NCBI GenBank assembly: GCA_963798915.1
Contig: CAWCVB010000002.1
Span: forward strand, 720,223 to 784,222
Source: an uncultured Gemmatimonadales bacterium
GTDB taxonomy: Bacteria; Gemmatimonadota; Gemmatimonadetes; Gemmatimonadales; GWC2-71-9
Direction of reading: 5' to 3'
Length of the DNA stretch: 64,000 bases
Within the stretch, counting starts at the first letter, position 1; each line of letters starts with the position of its first letter. The translations under genes and the position numbers were made by a program. Shown piece by piece: positions 37,898-46,650 of the stretch. A model generated the notes under the pieces. It ran no database searches and was not told where the DNA came from. It worked only from the letters and a program-made list of their open reading frames with translations.

Positions 37898-37994
37898 CGT
37901 CATTCCGACGGAGGTCGGAATCCATGAGGGCTCACCCGGGGTGACTCATCATGTCCGCGTCCCTCATGGACCCCGGTTTGCACCGGGGTGACGC
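37898..37994. repeat. REP-like inverted pair (GTCATTCCG...GGAATCCATGAG / CTCATGGACCCCG...GGGGTGAC)
   Basis: Two hairpins in inverted orientation; overlaps the mutY 3' end. Confidence 0.7.
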
Positions 37995-38670
37995 GGAGGC
38001 GAGCTGCGGCTTCCCGTCTTCCCGTCCTGCACTCCGTCCGCACCGGGCACTCCCCACACCGGGCCACGCGCGCGGTGCACACCAGTGCCCCCAGTTCCAT
38101 GATGGCCTGGTTGAAGGTCCAGGCGTCCTTGCCACGGCGAGGCAGGAGCAGTTCGGCGGTCTGCCAGAGCCGTTCCTGTCGCCATGTTCGCGGGTGGAAG
38201 GCGCGCCGGATTACCCGCGCGACGTTGGTATCGACGGCCGCGGTGCGCCGCTCGAACGCAAAGCTGGCGACGGCGCCGGCCGTGTAACGGCCGACGCCAG
38301 GCAGTTGCTGCAAGTGCTGCGGATCGGAAGGCATGACGCCGTCGCACTGGCTGACGACCTGCTGCGCCAGTCGGTGCAGATTGGCGGCCCGGCGATAGTA
38401 GCCCAGGCCGTTCCAGCTCTCCCGCACGGCGCTCGAGGGCGCCTTGGCGAGGTCCGCGAGGGTGGGGTACCGCGCCAGGAAGCGCGGGTAGAATGCTTCG
38501 ACCCGGGAGACCTGGGTCTGCTGCAGCATCACTTCCGAGACCAGGACGTGATAGGGATCGCGGGTGCGCCGCCACGGGAGGTCCCGGCCCTTCCGGTGGA
38601 ACCAGCGCAGCAGGCGGCGGCGGAATCCGGGCAGGTCTACGGGCGCGCGGAGACTGGACTTACGTGCCAT
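37900..38670 (-). CDS. mutY: A/G-specific adenine glycosylase, short form lacking the C-terminal NUDIX-like domain
   Basis: RDLPWR, VSEVMLQQTQV, GLGYYRRA, LPGVGRYTA, VDTNVAR, MELGALVC..RCGECPVRTEC Fe-S motif. Confidence 0.92.
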   Translation of the reverse strand: MARKSSLRAPVDLPGFRRRLLRWFHRKGRDLPWRRTRDPYHVLVSEVMLQQTQVSRVEAFYPRFLARYPTLADLAKAPSSAVRESWNGLGYYRRAANLHRLAQQVVSQCDGVMPSDPQHLQQLPGVGRYTAGAVASFAFERRTAAVDTNVARVIRRAFHPRTWRQERLWQTAELLLPRRGKDAWTFNQAIMELGALVCTARVARCGECPVRTECRTGRREAAARLRVTPVQTGVHEGRGHDESPRVSPHGFRPPSE

Positions 38671-38691
38671 GGTGCGGCAAGATACTACCCC

Positions 38692-39486
38692 ATGCCCGCC
38701 TCCACCCAGACTTTCGACATCCGCCAGCGCATCGGGCGAGGCACCCTTGGTGCTGCGGCCCAGGTGGGCCGACTTACGTTCTTCATGGGAGAGGCGGTCC
38801 GCGGGCTCCGCGAGGTCCGGATCTGGTGGCCGAGGATGATGACGGAGGCGTGGAACATCGGGGCGGGGAGCCTGTTCATCGTCCTGCTGATTTCCGCCTT
38901 TGCCGGCGCGGTGACGGCCCTCCAGACGGGGTACCAGTTCACCGGCAGCATTCCGTACTACGTGGTTGGTACGCTGGTGGTCTCGTCCATCATCCTGGAG
39001 TTGGGGCCCGTGCTGACCGCGCTGATTCTGGCCGGCCGCATCGGCGCGCGGTACGCGGCCGAGCTGGGGACCATGCGGGTCACCGAACAGATTGATGCAC
39101 TGGAGTCGCTGGGGCGTTCGCCGGCCTCTCACCTGGTGTTGCCGAGGGTGATTGCCGGGTTCATTATGATTCCAGCGCTGACGGTTTTTGCCAACCTGTC
39201 GGGCATCATCGCCGGCTGGCTGTCGGTGAAGGCGGTGCTCCCGGTAACGGATGCCGATTTCATCTACGGCGCGCAATACTATTATCGGCCCTTCGACGCC
39301 TACTACTCGATTACCAAGGCCTTCTTCTTTGCCGGCGCCATTACCATCATCTCCTGCTACATGGGCTTCAACACCAAGCAGGGCGCGGAGGGGGTGGGCA
39401 AGGCCACCACGACTGCGGTGGTGGCGAGCAGCGTGCTGATCCTGGTGCTGGACACGGTCCTCACCCGACTGCTGCTCAATCAATGA
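38692..39486 (+). CDS. mlaE: MlaE/YrbE ABC permease
   Basis: ELGPVLTALILAGRIGA..AAELGTMRVTEQIDALE; GAEGVGKATT. Confidence 0.93.
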   Translation: MPASTQTFDIRQRIGRGTLGAAAQVGRLTFFMGEAVRGLREVRIWWPRMMTEAWNIGAGSLFIVLLISAFAGAVTALQTGYQFTGSIPYYVVGTLVVSSIILELGPVLTALILAGRIGARYAAELGTMRVTEQIDALESLGRSPASHLVLPRVIAGFIMIPALTVFANLSGIIAGWLSVKAVLPVTDADFIYGAQYYYRPFDAYYSITKAFFFAGAITIISCYMGFNTKQGAEGVGKATTTAVVASSVLILVLDTVLTRLLLNQ

Positions 39487-40238
39487 TCGAGTTGCGCGGG
39501 GTCGTGAAGCGCTTCGGCGCTCAGGTGGTACTCGACGGCGTGGACTTCGAGGTGCAGGACGGTGAGACCGTGGCGCTGCTGGGGCCGTCCGGCACCGGCA
39601 AGAGCGTGTTGCTCAAGCACATCATCGGCCTGATAAAACCCGATGCCGGCCAGGTGATCGTGGACGGCAAGGACGTGAGCCGCCTCAGCCGCCGACAGCT
39701 TTCGGAGTTTCGCCAGCAGATCGGTTACGTCTTCCAGAATGGCGCGCTGTTTGACTCCATGGACGTGTTCGAGAACGTACGCCTCGGCATTGTCGATGAC
39801 CAGAAATTCCGGGACTATGACTACGCGCACGAACGGGTGACGCAGGTCATCAAGCTGGTCAACCTGGATCCTGACCTGGTCATGACCAAGTATCCAGCGG
39901 AGTTGTCGGGCGGCATGCGCAAGCGGGTGGGCATCGCGCGGGCCATCGCGGGCAGTCCCAAGTACCTCCTGTACGACGAACCGACGTCGGGACTGGATCC
40001 GGTCAACGCCGACATCATTGACGGGCTGGTGACGCAGCTGGACGAAGAGCTTGGCGTGACCAGCGTCATGGTGACGCATGATGTGCGTGGTGCGTTTCGC
40101 GTGGCCAACCGGCTTGCGCTCCTGAGCGATGGCAAAGTCGTCATGCAGGGCACGCCGAAGGAGTTTCTGGAGTCCGATCATCCCAAGGTGAAGGAATTCC
40201 TGGAGCGCGACTTTGACAATCCCTCATTCGCCGCCTGA
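39483..40238 (+). CDS. mlaF: MlaF/Mkl ABC ATP-binding protein
   Basis: GPSGTGKS, FQNGALFDSM, LSGGMRKRV, YDEPTSGLDP. Confidence 0.93.
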   Translation: MIELRGVVKRFGAQVVLDGVDFEVQDGETVALLGPSGTGKSVLLKHIIGLIKPDAGQVIVDGKDVSRLSRRQLSEFRQQIGYVFQNGALFDSMDVFENVRLGIVDDQKFRDYDYAHERVTQVIKLVNLDPDLVMTKYPAELSGGMRKRVGIARAIAGSPKYLLYDEPTSGLDPVNADIIDGLVTQLDEELGVTSVMVTHDVRGAFRVANRLALLSDGKVVMQGTPKEFLESDHPKVKEFLERDFDNPSFAA

Positions 40239-40247
40239 GTGAATCGC

Positions 40248-41153
40248 ATGGAACTTCGATACAGTCGGGAAGTCATCGTCGGCAGCCTGGTGATCGTTGC
40301 CGTGCTGGTGTTCATCTTCGGCACCATGTGGCTGAGCGGCCGCTCTCCCTCATCGGCCGACCTGCTGCACATCCGCTTTGCGGACGTAAGCGGGCTCAAG
40401 CGCGCATCGCCGGTGCGGGTGTCGGGTGTGACGGTCGGCAAGGTGGAGCAGATCCAGTTCGAGAGCCCGGGAAACGTGATGGTGCTGGCCAGTCTCAAGG
40501 AGAACATCGTTCCGAAGACCGATGCGACGGCCACGATCGTGAGCATCAGCCTGGTGGGTGACTATGCCGTGGACCTCGATCCCGGCAAGGCCGGGACGCC
40601 ACTGCCCAGGGAGCAAGTGATCGTCGGGCACCGCGAAGTCGGGTTCTCCGACCAGGCAGCAGGCCTCACCCAGCGGGCCGATTCGGTGATGCAGGGCCTG
40701 CAACAGATGGTGGGTCCGGAAATGGTGAAGCGGCTGAGCACCACGATGGATGCCCTGCAGAAGACCCTGGCCGCCACGCAGCAGACCATGGCGCTCTACG
40801 GGAATCCCGACAAGGGACCCTCCGCCGAACTGGCGCGGACCATGACGCAGTTTCGCCAGCTCGGCGCCCGGCTCGATTCGACCCTGGCCAACCCGGGCCT
40901 GCAGCGCGCCCTCGCCGGGAGCGACAGCCTGGTGGCCAATCTCTCCGCCATGTCGAAGAACCTGAGCGCCACCGGCGACCGGTTGAATGCCATCCTTGCC
41001 GACGTCCAGGCGGGGAAGGGGACCCTCGGTCAACTGGCCTCCGACAGCGCACTCTACCGCAACCTGGTCAAGGCAACAGCCCAGATGGACTCGCTGATGG
41101 CCTCCATCAAGCAGAATCCGGGGAAGATTCCGATTACGGTGAAGATCTTTTGA
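40248..41153 (+). CDS. mlaD: MlaD/Mce family protein
   Basis: N-terminal TM; FADVSGL...PVRVSGV.VGKV; helical tail GKGTLGQL. Confidence 0.9.
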   Translation: MELRYSREVIVGSLVIVAVLVFIFGTMWLSGRSPSSADLLHIRFADVSGLKRASPVRVSGVTVGKVEQIQFESPGNVMVLASLKENIVPKTDATATIVSISLVGDYAVDLDPGKAGTPLPREQVIVGHREVGFSDQAAGLTQRADSVMQGLQQMVGPEMVKRLSTTMDALQKTLAATQQTMALYGNPDKGPSAELARTMTQFRQLGARLDSTLANPGLQRALAGSDSLVANLSAMSKNLSATGDRLNAILADVQAGKGTLGQLASDSALYRNLVKATAQMDSLMASIKQNPGKIPITVKIF

Positions 41154-41172
41154 GGACGGCAGGAGGGGGAAG

Positions 41173-41264
41173 AGTCGACGGTCGACGGTCGACGGTCAAC
41201 GTCATTGCTTCGCCTCTTCGGGCCTCGCAATGACGTGTCAGCCGTTGACCGTTGGCTGTCGACT
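41173..41264. repeat. Nested palindrome: heptamer arms flanking a REP-like core
   Basis: AGTCGAC GGTCGAC x2 GGTCAAC | ACGTCATTGC...GCAATGACGT | GTTGACC GTTGGCT GTCGACT. Confidence 0.88.
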
Positions 41265-41272
41265 GATCGGTC

Positions 41273-42235
41273 ATGTCCCTTAGTCTGATCTTCCTCGGCA
41301 CCGGCGCCGCAACCCCATCGGTCGAGCGCAACGTCTCCGCCCTCGCGCTGCAGCGGGAAGGTGAGACCCTGCTGTTTGACTGCGGCGAAGGCACCCAGCG
41401 TCAGATGATGCGCTATGGCGCCAGCTTCGCCTTCCGCGAAATCTTCTTCACCCATTACCACGCCGACCATGTGCTTGGCGTCACCGGGCTGCTCCGCACC
41501 ATGGGGCTCATGGATCGGACCGAGCCGGTCACGCTCTACGGACCGAAGGGCGCCAGCCGTATCCTGGGCTCGGCGATCTCGATGGGGATTGAACGGAACA
41601 AGTTTCCGGTCGAGATCGTCGAGGTGCGCCCAGGGGACACGCTGTCGCGGAAGGACTATGACCTCGTCACGTTCGAGACCGTTCATCGCGCCGACACGAT
41701 CGGCTGGGCGCTGGTGGAGCATGAGCGACTGGGTCGCTTTGACCCGGACAAGGCCCGCAGCATGGGCATTCCCGAGGGACCGCTCTGGGGGAGAATTCAC
41801 AAGGGCCAGTCGGTGACTCTCGAGGACGGGCGCGTGGTCCAGCCCGCGGAACTGGTGGGACCCACCCGTCCGGGCCGGACAGTGGTATACAGCGGCGATA
41901 CCCGCCCGTGCGAGGGAGTGCGGGCGGTTTCGCACGCCGCCGATCTGTTGATTCACGAGGCGACTTTTTCGGATGAGGAAGCGGCCCGGGCGGTCGAGAC
42001 GGGTCACTCAACCGCACGCGAGGCTGCCGAAGTGGCCCAAGTCGCAGGCGTACGACAGCTGATTCTCACCCATATCAGCCCGCGCTACTCGCGCGACGCC
42101 TCCGAACTGCTGGCCGAGGCGAGTGCGGTGTTCCCGGCGGTGACGGTGGCGCGCGACGGCATGCGGGTGGAGGTGGGCTTTCGGGACGGACAGGGCGGGC
42201 GGGATGGGCAGGAGGGGCAGGCGATGAGCGACTGA
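41273..42235 (+). CDS. rnz: Ribonuclease Z
   Basis: FLGTGA, DCGEGTQRQ, THYHADH, exosite GIPEGPLWG, SGDTRP, HEATF, GHST, LTHISPRY. Confidence 0.95.
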   Translation: MSLSLIFLGTGAATPSVERNVSALALQREGETLLFDCGEGTQRQMMRYGASFAFREIFFTHYHADHVLGVTGLLRTMGLMDRTEPVTLYGPKGASRILGSAISMGIERNKFPVEIVEVRPGDTLSRKDYDLVTFETVHRADTIGWALVEHERLGRFDPDKARSMGIPEGPLWGRIHKGQSVTLEDGRVVQPAELVGPTRPGRTVVYSGDTRPCEGVRAVSHAADLLIHEATFSDEEAARAVETGHSTAREAAEVAQVAGVRQLILTHISPRYSRDASELLAEASAVFPAVTVARDGMRVEVGFRDGQGGRDGQEGQAMSD

Positions 42236-42305
42236 TCTCGGATGCCCATCCTGCCCATCCTGCCCATCCCGCCCATCCCGTCTTCCCGTCGTCCCGTCTT
42301 CCCGT
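42183..42305. repeat. Inverted nonamer arms plus octamers between rnz and the tRNA
   Basis: GGGATGGGCAGGAGGGGCAGG arm (in rnz) versus CCCATCCTG x2 and CCCATCCCG x2; then TCTTCCCG-type octamers x3. Confidence 0.85.
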
Positions 42306-42324
42306 TAGCTTACCGTCCCGATTC

Positions 42325-42397
42325 GGGGCTGTAGCTCAGCTGGGAGAGCGCTGCAATCGCACTGCAGAGGTCAGGGGTTCGATCCCCCTCAGCTCCA
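42325..42397 (+). tRNA. tRNA-Ala (CGC), CCA not encoded
   Basis: GGGGCTG/CAGCTCC acceptor stem with G3:U70; anticodon arm CTGCA-ATCGCAC-TGCAG; GGTTCGATCC T-loop. Confidence 0.97.
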
Positions 42398-42449
42398 TGA
42401 AACCCCGCCCGGGCGGCCACCAGCCGCCCTTTGTCATTTCCGGTGCACG

Positions 42450-42476
42450 GATCCATGCGGCGCCGACCGACGTATC
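42450..42476 (+). promoter_or_regulatory. Putative ECF sigma promoter (copy 1)
   Basis: GATCCA-N15-CGTATC directly upstream of the ECF gene; same spacing as copy 2. Confidence 0.6.
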
Positions 42477-42486
42477 TTGATTGGAC

Positions 42487-43107
42487 GTGACTCCCCCACC
42501 GCTTTCCCGTCGCCCCGGCAGCGCCGGCCCGCGTCTCGTCTCCGAGGCGCGGGAGGACGACTTGCGCGCCCGGCTGGCCGCGCGGGACGAAGGCGCGCTC
42601 GCCGAACTGGTCGACATTCTCTCGCCCTGGCTGCTGGGACTGACGCAGGGGATGCTGCGTGACGCGGACGAGGCCGAGGAGGTCGTGATGGAGACCTTCC
42701 GCATTGCCTGGGAAAAGGTTCCGCCGCCGGACGTCGGTCCCCGAGGGATGATACCCTGGCTGCTGCAGGTGGCACGCAACCGGGCGATTGACCGGTTGCG
42801 CTCGCGCACCCGCCGCCGGCGGCTGGCCGAGCGGGTTGGCGCGGTGAATGACGAGACGGTCGCGGCGGCGGAGCCGGATGAGTCGGCACTGCCGGGCTGG
42901 CATGTGCACTCGGCGGTGCATCGGGCGCTGGCGGAGTTGCCTGCCGAGCAGCGCGAGGCGGTGCGGCTGGCATATTTCGAGGGCGGCACCCATTCGGAGA
43001 TCGCAGCCCAACTTGGTATTCCGGTGGGGACGGTGAAGACCCGGCTGCGACTTGCCTATGGGCGGCTGCGTGAGTCGCTGGCTTCGCTCAAGGATTGGGT
43101 GGTATGA
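42487..43107 (+). CDS. ECF RNA polymerase sigma factor (SigK-like)
   Basis: AEEVVMETF..AW, WLLQVARNRAIDRLR, LAYFEGGTHSEIA..LGIPVGTVKTRLR. Confidence 0.93.
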   Translation: MTPPPLSRRPGSAGPRLVSEAREDDLRARLAARDEGALAELVDILSPWLLGLTQGMLRDADEAEEVVMETFRIAWEKVPPPDVGPRGMIPWLLQVARNRAIDRLRSRTRRRRLAERVGAVNDETVAAAEPDESALPGWHVHSAVHRALAELPAEQREAVRLAYFEGGTHSEIAAQLGIPVGTVKTRLRLAYGRLRESLASLKDWVV

Positions 43108-43850
43108 AGGCGCACGACTGGTTCATGGAACACCTGAGTGACTACGTCACCCGCGGCCTGGATGCGGATGACGAGGCACTGTTCCGCGACCATCTGGCCC
43201 GGTGCGCCGAGTGTCGCCAGGCGGTGGCAACGTTGGAGCGCGAGCTCGCCTATCTGCCGATGGGCGTGACGCCGGTGGCGCCGAGGCCGGGATTCACCCA
43301 GCGAGTGGTGGCGGAGGCGACCGGGGCGCGCCGGCGGCGGGTTGGCTGGTTCATCCCCACTGTTGCGGCGGCGAGCATTCTCCTGGCGCTGGCGACGTGG
43401 TGGACCGGCCGTACGCGGGTGGCGCAAGTGGAGCAGCGACTGGCTGCGATGCAGGATACCCTGGGTGCTGCGCGCGATACCCTGGCGGCGGCGCAAGACA
43501 CGCTGGGCGTACTGCGCGAGGCCAACCGCATTGTCCAGGCCAGCATCGAGATGCACGGCCAGAAGGGCGGCATTGTCATCTTTGCCGACGAGAAGACCCA
43601 TCGGTGGAGGGTGGTGGTGCATGGTTTGCCCGCCGCGCCCGAGGGGGAGCGCTATGCGTTCTGGTTCGTCACCGGCGACGGGATGGTGCGGGGGCCCGAC
43701 ATTGCGGTGAGCCTGGACCAGCCCGCCAGCATGATGCTCGACATGCCGCCCGGCGCTCGGCTCATCAAGGGGGGCGCGCTCACCATGGAACCGATGCACG
43801 GCGACAATACCAGGCCCCGCGGTCCGGAGCTGGCACACCTCGAGTTGTAG
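43104..43850 (+). CDS. Anti-sigma factor (zinc-binding HxxxCxxC, TM, RskA-like domain)
   Basis: HLARCAEC; TM segment; GLPAAPEGERYAFW...LTMEP...P.GP; ATGA overlap. Confidence 0.88.
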   Translation: MKAHDWFMEHLSDYVTRGLDADDEALFRDHLARCAECRQAVATLERELAYLPMGVTPVAPRPGFTQRVVAEATGARRRRVGWFIPTVAAASILLALATWWTGRTRVAQVEQRLAAMQDTLGAARDTLAAAQDTLGVLREANRIVQASIEMHGQKGGIVIFADEKTHRWRVVVHGLPAAPEGERYAFWFVTGDGMVRGPDIAVSLDQPASMMLDMPPGARLIKGGALTMEPMHGDNTRPRGPELAHLEL

Positions 43851-43857
43851 CCGGAGA

Positions 43858-43884
43858 GATCCACTCACGCGTTCAGGTCGTTTC
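43858..43884 (+). promoter_or_regulatory. Putative ECF sigma promoter (copy 2)
   Basis: GATCCA-N15-CGTTTC upstream of the beta-propeller gene. Confidence 0.6.
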
Positions 43885-43914
43885 CCGGTTGAACCTCAAA
43901 CCGGAGACGACGTC

Positions 43915-45054
43915 ATGAAATTCCTGCAGGCCTTCATTCCGATTTCCCTTCTGGCCGTGGCGGCGTGCGCCGACGGCAGCTCACCCGTGGCTCCCAACGC
44001 AGCGGTGGTGGCATCCAGCGCGGCGGCCAATGGTAGCGGTGCGGGCGCGATCTACGTTCAGACCAACGACGCCAGTGGCAACGCGGTCGTCCGCTTTGCG
44101 CGACGCGCCGATGGCTCGCTCGACGATGGCACGTCATTCACCACGGGAGGCGAGGGCACGGGCGCGAGCCTCGGCAACCAGGGTGCGGTCGCGCTGGGTC
44201 GAGGCGGACAACTGCTCTATGTCGTCAACGCGGGCAGTGATGACGTGAGTGGATTCCGGGTGGGTGCCAAGGGACTGGAACTGATCGGCACGTGGCCCTC
44301 GGGCGGCGACCTGCCGATTTCGCTTGCGTTCACCGGCGACCGGCTCTACGTGCTGCATGATGGCGCGGGTAGCACCATCACGGGATTCGATGTTTCGCCG
44401 CTTGGCGAGCTGAGTGCCATCGCGGGAGCATCGCGCACGCTGCCGGATGCTGCGCCGGACGCCGCCGAGATCGCGGCGTCGCCGGACGGGAGCAAGCTGG
44501 TGGTGACGGAGAAGGCATTCAGTCGCATCGTCACCTATCCGGTGCAGGCGGATGGATCGCTTGGTGATCCGGTTTCCACTGCATCGAATGGCTCGACGCC
44601 GTTCGGGTTCGCATTCGGCAAGGATGGCAGCCTGATCGTGAGTGAGGCGGCGGGCGGGCCGGCGGGCAGCAGCGCCGTCTCCGGCTACGCGGCCGACGGC
44701 CTGGCATGGGACGTCGTGAGCCCGAGCGTCACCAGTGGGCAGAACGCGGCCTGCTGGGTGGCGGTGAGTCCCAATGGACACTTTGCCTATGCCACCAACG
44801 CCGCCTCGGCGACGCTGTCGGGATTCGCGGTGGGGCGGAGCGGGGCGCTCGCGGGGCTGACCGGCAGCGGCGGCACCACAGCCACCGCGGCGACGCCGCT
44901 GGACCTGGCTTTCAGCCGGAACGGGCAGTTTGTCTACGTCCTGAATGCGGGGGCCCAAGTGGTGACTTCGTACCGGGTTGGGAGCGATGGCGCACTGGCT
45001 CCGCTGGGTGAAACACCGGTGCCGGCGGGGGCCAACGGCCTGGCGGCGGAGTAG
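43915..45054 (+). CDS. Lactonase-family seven-bladed beta-propeller lipoprotein
   Basis: Lipobox VAAC; IYVQTND...GNAV, LYVVNAGS, PFGFAF, AACWVAVSPNG. Confidence 0.82.
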   Translation: MKFLQAFIPISLLAVAACADGSSPVAPNAAVVASSAAANGSGAGAIYVQTNDASGNAVVRFARRADGSLDDGTSFTTGGEGTGASLGNQGAVALGRGGQLLYVVNAGSDDVSGFRVGAKGLELIGTWPSGGDLPISLAFTGDRLYVLHDGAGSTITGFDVSPLGELSAIAGASRTLPDAAPDAAEIAASPDGSKLVVTEKAFSRIVTYPVQADGSLGDPVSTASNGSTPFGFAFGKDGSLIVSEAAGGPAGSSAVSGYAADGLAWDVVSPSVTSGQNAACWVAVSPNGHFAYATNAASATLSGFAVGRSGALAGLTGSGGTTATAATPLDLAFSRNGQFVYVLNAGAQVVTSYRVGSDGALAPLGETPVPAGANGLAAE

Positions 45055-45064
45055 CTGGGAAAGG

Positions 45065-45094
45065 TTGCCAGTGGGGGTGTCGCGTGGCTACATT
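45065..45094 (+). promoter_or_regulatory. Sigma70-type promoter for tRNA-Gln
   Basis: TTGCCA-N18-TACATT 13 nt upstream of the tRNA. Confidence 0.55.
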
Positions 45095-45107
45095 TTGCCG
45101 CTCTCGC

Positions 45108-45180
45108 TGCCCCTTGGTGTAACTGGCAACACGCCTGACTCTGGATCAGGAGAGTCCTGGTTCGAGCCCAGGAGGGGCAA
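45108..45180 (+). tRNA. tRNA-Gln (CTG), CCA not encoded
   Basis: TGCCCCT/AGGGGCA acceptor stem; CCTGA-CTCTGGA-TCAGG anticodon arm; GGTTCGAGCC T-loop. Confidence 0.97.
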
Positions 45181-45210
45181 CTGGCCGGCGCGCTCTGCGC
45201 CGGCCGTCGT

Positions 45211-45423
45211 TCAGTCAGGCTCGTCCTTCGGCCGCTGCGCGGCCTGCGGATCGAGCTCAGGAGGGGCAATGCCCGGCGCAACAGCGTCGGGCATTTGTTT
45301 TTGGGCAGTGAGAAAGTGGTGGCCTTTGACTGCACGTCCCGTGTCAGCGGAGACCTCGGTGCCGCGCTCAAAGAGTGCCGATTGCTCCACGAGCTGGTCT
45401 TCCGTGAGCCGATGCGGTCTCAC
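45211..45423 (-). pseudogene. 5' stub resembling type I restriction subunit HsdR N-terminus
   Basis: GTGA overlap with fic stop; reads MRPHRLTEDQLVEQSALF, like the common HsdR start (xTEDQLVEQPAIxLF), then loses similarity. Confidence 0.5.
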
Positions 45424-46586
45424 ACTCCCGTCCCGCGATTCAAGATTTCCAGTTGCCTGACATAGGTGTACAGTCGGTCGCGGCGGCGGCCGGTGCTCTC
45501 GGTCACAATCCCGAGCACTCGCAGCCGTTCCAGGGCCGCCTTGGCCGTGGGCCAGGTGACGCCAGTTTCCCTCGCCACCCCTGGAATCGAGACTACGATG
45601 CGGCGGCGGAGTACGTCGTACACCAGTAGCGCGCTGCCTGCGGCGCGGCCGAGTCCCTGCACCAAGGTCCGGTCGTGATCGAAGAGGGCGACCAGGGCCG
45701 TCACGGTGTCGGCTGCCTGATTGGCCACCACCTCCACGCCGATCAGGAAGAAGCGGAGCCAGCCCTCCCAATCGCCGTGGGTGCGGAGTCGCTGCAAGGC
45801 ATCGTAGTAGTCGCCCCGATGCTCCCGGAAGTACAGACTCAGGTAGAGGAACGGCTGGGACAGCACGCCATCGAGGACCAGCATGAGGCTCACAAGGAGG
45901 CGCCCGACCCTTCCGTTTCCGTCCAGGAACGGGTGGATGGTTTCGAACTGAGCGTGCGCCATGCCGGCCTTGATGATGGGTGGGGTGACGCCGTATTCGT
46001 CGTGGAGGAAGCGCTCGAGGTTGTCGAGTGCGCCGAGCATCTCGTGCGGCGGCGGCGGCACATAGCGCGCATTCCCCGGCCGAGTGCCACCCACCCAGTT
46101 CTGGGTGCGGCGGAACTCCCCGGGCGCCTGAGCGCCGCCCCGCCCGCTCTTCATCAGCACCTTGTGCATTTCGCGGACGAGCCGGAGCGAAAGAGGCAGC
46201 CTCCCGGAACGAATGCGCCCGACGCCGTGCCGGAGCGCATCGACGTAGCGGGACACCTCCCGCACTTCGTTCACCGGAGTGCCGGGCGCCGCGTCAGCCT
46301 CGAAGCGGAGCAGGTCGGAGAGAGTGGACCGAGTTCCCTCGATGGCGCTGGAGAGCACCGCCTCCTTCCGCACGTACATATAGAGCAGTCGGTCCGGTTC
46401 CAGCGAGGCCGACACCCCGTCCAGCCGTCCCAGCGCCCGCCCTGCCGCTTCACTCAGCCGCTGGAGCTCCGGGCTGAACTTGAGCGGAGGAGCCGGTGGC
46501 AGCGGGGCGGGGATGAAGGCGGAGAAGCCCTGAGGCCCGGCCTGCTGGCGAACCCAGCGTCCTGCACGGGTGGATCTGGACGGCAT
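45420..46586 (-). CDS. Fic family protein (DUF4172-Fic-HTH)
   Basis: AFIPAPLPP, EAVLSSAIEGT, PGEFRRTQNWVG, HAQFETIHPFLDGNGRVGR. Confidence 0.95.
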   Translation of the reverse strand: MPSRSTRAGRWVRQQAGPQGFSAFIPAPLPPAPPLKFSPELQRLSEAAGRALGRLDGVSASLEPDRLLYMYVRKEAVLSSAIEGTRSTLSDLLRFEADAAPGTPVNEVREVSRYVDALRHGVGRIRSGRLPLSLRLVREMHKVLMKSGRGGAQAPGEFRRTQNWVGGTRPGNARYVPPPPHEMLGALDNLERFLHDEYGVTPPIIKAGMAHAQFETIHPFLDGNGRVGRLLVSLMLVLDGVLSQPFLYLSLYFREHRGDYYDALQRLRTHGDWEGWLRFFLIGVEVVANQAADTVTALVALFDHDRTLVQGLGRAAGSALLVYDVLRRRIVVSIPGVARETGVTWPTAKAALERLRVLGIVTESTGRRRDRLYTYVRQLEILNRGTGV

Positions 46587-46598
46587 GCCGGTGTCCAC

Positions 46599-46650
46599 CT
46601 TTTGATAGAGGGTGTCACTATCAAAAGTTAAATCATTTCGCTTTGATAAC
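46599..46650. promoter_or_regulatory. AT-rich operator-like inverted repeat upstream of fic
   Basis: Perfect CTTTTGATAG-N9-CTATCAAAAG (46599-46627) plus half-site CTTTGATAAC (46641-46650). Confidence 0.6.

Noticed and set aside
37575..37991. Repeat-peptide ORFs (GHGSWVM; also AAEPPSRR at 57706-58575, TVDRRP at 54186-54437, SRVESRE at 58564-58873)
   Set aside because: Translations of the tandem arrays with no RBS or coding signal
42325..45180. Integrative element or prophage at the tRNAs
   Set aside because: No integrase, phage genes or duplicated tRNA 3' end seen in the window
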